Origin: Octopus vulgaris
Lineage: Eukaryota
Reading direction: 5' to 3'
Assembly: GCA_951406725.2 (NCBI GenBank)
Contig: OX597840.1
Span: 26,846,001 to 26,910,000 of the forward strand
Length of the DNA: 64,000 nucleotides
Notes under the pieces: model-generated
The model's database searches: none
What the model saw: only the letters and a program-made list of their open reading frames with translations
Told to the model about the DNA's origin: nothing
Program-made: the position numbers and the translations under genes
Shown here: positions 57,115 through 64,000 of the stretch, piece by piece
Numbering within the stretch: position 1 is the first letter of the stretch
Layout of the letters: every line of letters begins with the position of its first letter

Positions 57115-57457
57115 ATGTGGCATCTCAAGGCGACTACAGTACCAGTGATTGTAGGATCTCTAGGAACTATAAAAAAAAGGTACTGATACCTATTTGAAAA
57201 TGAGACCAGGCTCACCATCCCTACAGGAAGTGCAAAAAATCGTATTAACTGGAACGGCTCATGTACTGAGAAGAGCACTATCGCTGTGAAAATAACATCC
57301 ATCCATGAATTTATTTAGTTATTGATTTTTAAATACATATTTTATCTGTGAATTTGCGTGTGTAATCTGATAATGCATACAATGCCCTTCTCTGCCCTAG
57401 GTGTATGGGAAACACTTGGCGAGAAACGGAAGAAAATTTGAAGAAAGAAGGAAAAAA
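57115..57457 (+). mobile_element. 3' end of an R4/Dong-like LINE (second family) in (AAT)n
   Basis: MWHLKATTVPVIVGSLG...LQEVQKIVLTGTAHVLRRALSL* plus 3' UTR, with (AAT)n on both sides. Confidence 0.88.
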
Positions 57458-57500
57458 CATACTAATAATAATGATGATGATGATGATAATAATAATAATT

Positions 57501-57531
<31 letters not shown>

Positions 57532-57541
57532 TAATAATAAC

Positions 57542-57609
<68 letters not shown>

Positions 57610-57616
57610 TAATAAT

Positions 57617-58054
57617 TTATTAATTGACATGAGTATTCCCTGTGATCACAATATAGCGGCGAAAGAATTTGACAAGATTAGTAAATATAAAGACCTGCTA
57701 ATAGAAATTGAAAAAATGTGGCATCTCAAGGCGACTACAGTACCAGTGATTGTAGGATCTCTAGGAATGATAAAAAAAAGGTACTGAAACCTATTTAAAA
57801 ATGATTCCAGGCTTACCATCCCTACAGGAAGTGCAAAAAATCGTATTAACTGGAACGGCTCATGTACTGAGAAGAGCACTATCGCTGTGAAAACAACATC
57901 TATTCATGAATTTATTTATTTTTTAATTTTTAAATACATATTTTATCTGTGAATTTGCGCGTGTAATCTGGGAATGCATACAATGCCCTTCTCTGCCCTA
58001 GGTGTATGGAAACCACTCGGCGAGAAACGGAAGAAAATTTGAAGAAAGAAGAAA

Positions 58055-58055
<1 letters not shown>
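57617..58055 (+). mobile_element. 3' end of an R4/Dong-like LINE (second family) in (AAT)n
   Basis: LLIDMSIPCDHNIAAKEFDKISKYKDLLIEIEKMWHLK aligns with the RLE of the 39012 ORF. (AAT)n on both sides. Confidence 0.9.
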
Positions 58056-58123
<68 letters not shown>

Positions 58124-58124
<1 letters not shown>

Positions 58125-58664
58125 CAAGGCAGTGGCTCTCATGGCTTCTGATCTTAACTGATTGGAAGTGTTATCATGTACATTGTTTTGTCTTGGTATA
58201 AAAGATGGGCTACAGCAAATATTCTGCTCAATACCACAGATTTGCTTGTCAGTTGTTTGACCTTAACCAGTTGAGCATGTCCCTTAGTGGCTGACGATAT
58301 GTGCATCTCTGATCACGAGCAGAAGTAGTGGGGGAGCATCATAGCCATGTGTTGAGAGGGATTCTTTGAGGTTTGAATAATTCACCTCTGGAAACATCGG
58401 TGGTTCTTTCAACATCCTTAAACAACCCTTATTCAGGGACCTTTTGAGCGGGATGGGTTACTCAACCTGAAGAAAATTCTAACTGGGCCCCACCTGCAAG
58501 GTCATGTGCTTTTTATCTTGATATGAGATCACCATGTCGCGCACATATGGTTGTGATGCATGTGCCTGGTGTACCTTTATCAGACGGGTAGTCATGATGG
58601 GTATATTGGGCTTCGTATATTTTACTCCAGTGTCACTTTGATGGCATGCACTGCTCTCTCACTC
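58124..58664. mobile_element. Unclassified ~540-bp insert flanked by (AAT)n
   Basis: Higher-GC island bounded on both sides by (AAT)n, between Dong-like fragments. No recognisable ORF. Confidence 0.5.
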
Positions 58665-58681
58665 AATAATAATAATAATAA

Positions 58682-59310
58682 TTCGATAGTATTCCCCACA
58701 CGTGGATCCTCGAAACACTAACCATGAACAAGGTAGCACCAATAATTATAAAATACATGAGACACTCTATGAATAAATGGCAGACAGTGCTACAGCTCCA
58801 AACAAAAGAAGGGACTCGTGAAATCCAAAGCCATCCCCATTAGAAGAGGAATATTCCAGGGAGACACGCTCTGCCCACTCCTTTTCTGCTTGGCACTGAC
58901 ACATTTTCTGTTTGGCACTGACACGAGAAATATAATGACAGGATTTAGGATACACCACCCAAAATCTGACATAGAAAAGCTATATATACAACTTATAGAA
59001 GTTGGTAGAGGCCTTATACAGTTGGAAAGCTATTATAAAATAACCACCATAGAACAGCAAACATTCCTATTTCAGAAGCAAGGAAAACTAATACAAATAG
59101 CCACAAAACACGAGCAAAATAAAAAACTGTTTTCAGCATTTTAGGAAGTTGACAAATACAAATAAGAAGTCATACTACCAAACAAATATGAAGAAGAAGA
59201 AACAACAAAAGCTATAAAACAAATGAAATCCAAACTAAAACTAGAACAGCAACCGACCATGATAAAACGATGGCAAGAAAAGCCCCTTCATGGAAAATAC
59301 TGGGCTAAAT
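58682..59310 (+). pseudogene. Internally deleted RT fragment of an R4/Dong-like LINE
   Basis: FDSIPHTWI and IRRGIFQGDTLCPLLFCLAL (RT motifs) joined to HHPKSDIEKLY..VGRGLIQLE. The 3' part is homologous to 38691-39100. Confidence 0.9.
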
Positions 59311-59685
59311 TCTAGAGTCGAAATTCCGCAGTGTTTCACTAGGTGTGTTAGAAAGGGCGACTAAATCGTTCTCAAAACGCATAGTATCGTCTAAAAAATA
59401 ATAAAGGATATATTTAATGATGATGTTTATTAAACCATATTTTATTTCTGAGATATTTAACTCTTTAACAAGGTGACTTTTCTAGCTGCGTTGTAAAAAC
59501 AATGTTTTTGTAGCTTTCTCATTTTACGACGTCTGAAAGAAATAAAAAATGGCGACTTGATTAAATAAACAAGCGGTCATTTATTATTGAATAAAACAAG
59601 TCCACAGAAATTTGAAAGCATTGCTGTTTATCACTGTATCTTAGTAATTGCACAACAATATCTTTGTTGCATTTGTTGTTGTTAT

Positions 59686-60297
<612 letters not shown>

Positions 60298-60655
60298 TCT
60301 TTAAAATATTGTATGTTTTATTTAAAAAATATATTTTAGTAATAAAATATTATAACGTTTGGGAATCTAATGGCGCACGTTTGAACAAATCAGGTATGGA
60401 ATATTTGGGAAAAGCAAAAGCGAGAAACGCAGTGATAAAACAACATATATTTTAATCAATAGACTTCTATTTACATATTTAATACGTCAATATTTTATTT
60501 GTAAAGACATCGACGCGATAATGTTGATCAATATATTTCATATGCAATGCTATCTCTCTACATAAAAGTATACTGCTTCCCCAAGAGGTTTCACAAAAGC
60601 TAAATAAAAGTCTCGTGGTTAATAAACAGAATTTATTACAAGAAATATTGAAAGT

Positions 60656-61590
60656 CGACGAGCTAACAGAAACGTTACCACTCAGGGTATTTCGTCTGTC
60701 GCTATGTTCTGGGTTCAAATTCCGCCGAGGTCAACTTTGCCTTTCATCCTTTCGGGGTCGATAAATTAAGTACCAGTTATGCACTAGGGTCGATATAATC
60801 GACTTAATCCGTTTGTCTGTCTTTGTTTGTCCTCTCTGTGTTTAGCTCCTTGTGGGTAGTAAAGAAATAGGTATTTCGTCTGCCGCTACGTTCTGAGTTC
60901 AAATTCCGCCGAGGTCAACTTTGCCTTTCATCCTTTCGGGGTCGATAAATTAAGTATCAGTTATGCACTAGGGTCGATATAATCGACTTAATCCGTTTGT
61001 CTGTCTTTGTTTGTCCTCTCTGTGTTTAGCTCCTTGTGGGTAGTAAAGAAATAGGTATTTCGTCTACCGCTACGTTCTGAGTTCAAATTCCGCCGAGGTC
61101 AACTTTGCCTTTCATCCTTTCGGGGTCGATAAATTAAGTATCAGTTATGCACTAGGGTCGATATAATCGACTTAATCCGTTTGTCTGTCTTTGTTTGTCC
61201 TCTCTGTGTTTAGCTCCTTGTGGGTAGTAAAGAAATAGGTATTTCGTCTACCGCTACGTTCTGAGTTCAAATTCCGCCGAGGTCAACTTTGCCTTTCATC
61301 CTTTCGGGGTCGATAAATTAAGTATCAGTTATGCACTAGGGTCGATATAATCGACTTAATCCGTTTGTCTGTCTTTGTTTGTCCTCTCTGTGTTTAGCTC
61401 CTTGTGGGTAGTAAAGAAATAGGTATTTCGTCTACCGCTACGTTCTGAGTTAAAATTCCGCCGAGGTCGACTTTGCGTTTCGGGTTCGATATGTGAAGTA
61501 CCAGTTGCGTTTTGGGATCGGTCTAATCGACTGGCTCCCCTCCCCCAAAATTTGGGGTCTTATGCCTAGAGTAGAAAAGAATATTCTAAA
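60656..61590 (+). mobile_element. SINE family A tandem array, four 184-bp units plus a diverged fifth
   Basis: Units start at 60687, 60871, 61055, 61239 and 61423. Confidence 0.93.
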
Positions 61591-61903
61591 CGGCAAAGGC
61601 GACGAGCTGACAGAAACATTAGGACGCCGGGTGAAATGCTTAGCGGTATTTCGTCTGTCTTTACGTTCTGAGTTAAAATTCCACCGAGTTCGACTTTGCC
61701 TTTCGAGATCTATAAATATATATATTATTGCACTGCGGCTATTTTAGACGGCCGTAATACAATTATATCTTGCCATCCTTGTTACTTATTTGCTTTTGTT
61801 CACATACACATACATATGCACAATCTATATGTATATACATAGACACATACATACATATATATATATATATAATCAAAATAAGCAACAAGTATATCCGAGG
61901 TAG

Positions 61904-61991
61904 AGTGGTACAACTGTTTCATGCTACTTCATTTTATTAAACACTGTAAGTATTACATCAGTTTTAAAATGTCGAGCAATCTTCAGTCACT
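61904..61991 (-). ncRNA. Hammerhead ribozyme-like motif with enlarged helix II (homolog of 50301-50387)
   Basis: Minus strand: AGUGA-CUGAAGA-[59 nt: uUGCU...AGCAu]-GAAA-CAGUUG-UA-CCACU, followed by the tail ...ttgttgcttattttgat(ta)n shared with the 50.3-kb copy. Confidence 0.75.
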
Positions 61992-62136
61992 TATAGAAAT
62001 TTTCCAATCAAACGGACCATGCACATTCTTATCTCTATTTCGTTTGCCAACATTATAAAGTGGGTAGATATATAGACAGAGAGGTCGATTTCATTCCTAA
62101 GAACATGATAGTAGTAAATTTACTCTCTGACTGAGA

Positions 62137-62290
<154 letters not shown>

Positions 62291-63080
62291 CATTAGAAGC
62301 ACGCCCTCTCTACTCCACATCCGTCTGTCTAGAGAGGCCATGCCGTTAATGATATCGCAAATGGCAACGAAAGGACTTTGATAAACGCAACTGATCGGCC
62401 AACCAGAAAATTAACCAAACAATCGAATCATTAATTAGTTAAATGTTAACGAATTGACTAATAAAAATGAAAGAAGTGATTTAATACCAGTGTGTGTGTG
62501 TCTGTGTGCTTAGTATTGCTATTATGACTCTCTAGAGATACAACTAAATAACATTATGTAACGTATAAAAAATTCTGGTTTAAAAAATAAAAGAAAAACC
62601 CAATACATGAAAGAAATGCAATTATCAAATTGATAATAGTGTTTTTTGTTGCATTTCGTTATTTTCTAGAAAAACAATAAATGAAAAGATAAAAAAAAAT
62701 GAGCAAACAAATTTTGGAAATGTCATTTTTGTAATTAACATGTTCAGATAATTTTAATTGCGAAAAACATTTCACATAAACGTTTATCTTTGACGACGGC
62801 AAAGCTGGAGCACCGCCTTGAAGAATTTTTAGACGACTAAATCGACTCCAGGGCTTATTTTTTTGGTTTTTAAAGCCTAGTACTCATTTTATCGATCATC
62901 TTTGCCGAACGGCTATGTTATAGAGATGTAACCCCGCTCCCGACACCAAGCAGTGGTGGGGTACAGACAGAGACATAAAGATACACACAGGTACTTACAC
63001 ACACACACACACAAATGCAAACACACAAACACACACACAAACACACACAAGCGCACACACAAACACAAACACACACACAC

Positions 63081-63366
63081 AAAGTCGACCTCGGCGGAAT
63101 TTGAACTCACAACGTAACAGCAGACAAAATATCTATTTCTTTACTACCCACAAGGGGCTAAACACAGAGGGGGACAAAGAAGGACAGACATAGGTATTAA
63201 GTCGATTACATCGACAGCAGTGCATAACTGGTACTTAATTTATCGACCCCGAAAGGATGAAAGGCAAAGTCGACCTCGGCGGAATTTGAACTCCGAATGT
63301 AGCGACGGGTGAAATACCGCCAAGCATTTCGCCCGCCACGCTAACGATTCTGCCATCTCGCAGCTT
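63081..63366 (-). mobile_element. SINE family A, head plus body plus partial second body
   Basis: aaagtcgacctcggcggaatttgaactc occurs twice. Head at ~63360. Confidence 0.88.
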
Positions 63367-63369
63367 TCA

Positions 63370-63438
<69 letters not shown>

Positions 63439-64000
63439 TGATGATGATGATGATGATGATGATGTCTGAAACAGTACCTATCCTTTTAGAACACTTAATT
63501 TTATGTTACATATAAGCAATTTGATATATGTATAAGTAGAAATAATAAAGAGTTGAAATTGTTATCAAATTATTCAATATGTTTATTGTTGCATTGTTGT
63601 TGTATTTCCTTATTTTCTCCAAAAGTCACAAAAATAAAAAAAAAATTAAAAAATATAAAATAAGTAAGAACCAAAATTTCAAAATTGTAATTTTTCAATT
63701 AGAACGTCCAAGCAATTCTATCCGCAAACATTTCTGACGACAGGAAATAATGAAATCCAAACATACAAACACAACAAGTCGTTTGATATGTTGTTGTTGT
63801 TGTTGTTGCCTAAATTTTGCTTGTTTGCTTTTGTTTCAATAGCAAAGACTACGTAGAACCATTTCCTTAATAAAATTATAATAACGTGTTCAGTTATTCT
63901 GTTTCTGGTGGTTAAATTCTTTGGTACGTAACGCTCTTTGCTCCGAAAACTGCGGTAGAGTTAACCATTTCGTTTGAGTGTTTGTATTCATCTGCTAAGA

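Noticed and set aside
60687-61440. CRISPR-like regular repeat
   Set aside because: Whole 184-bp units repeat with no unique spacers, in a eukaryotic SINE context.

Overview
This is AT-rich, extremely repeat-dense eukaryotic DNA. The SINE repertoire and microsatellite load suggest an octopus or other cephalopod genome (inference). I recognise no intact host protein-coding gene: almost every ORF in the track is a translated microsatellite. The window contains: (i) long (TA)n, (TATG)n, (GATA)n, (AAT)n, (ATC)n and (CA)n tracts; (ii) several tRNA-headed SINE families, one forming 184-bp head-once/body-repeated arrays; (iii) R4/Dong-like restriction-like-endonuclease (RLE) LINE fragments sitting inside (AAT)n; (iv) remnants of Tigger/pogo and Tc1-mariner transposases, two MITEs and non-autonomous Helitrons; (v) a 100-N gap. 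The most striking unannotated signal is a set of 12 type-I hammerhead-ribozyme-like motifs found by eye. Each lies in a short element whose 3' end runs into a (TA)n or TA-rich tract, as expected for Penelope-like pLTR remnants. They fall into several structural classes: a compensatory U3-A8 core, an A6U core, an extra-A core, and a class with a 51-59 nt insertion in helix II that shows stem covariation between copies.
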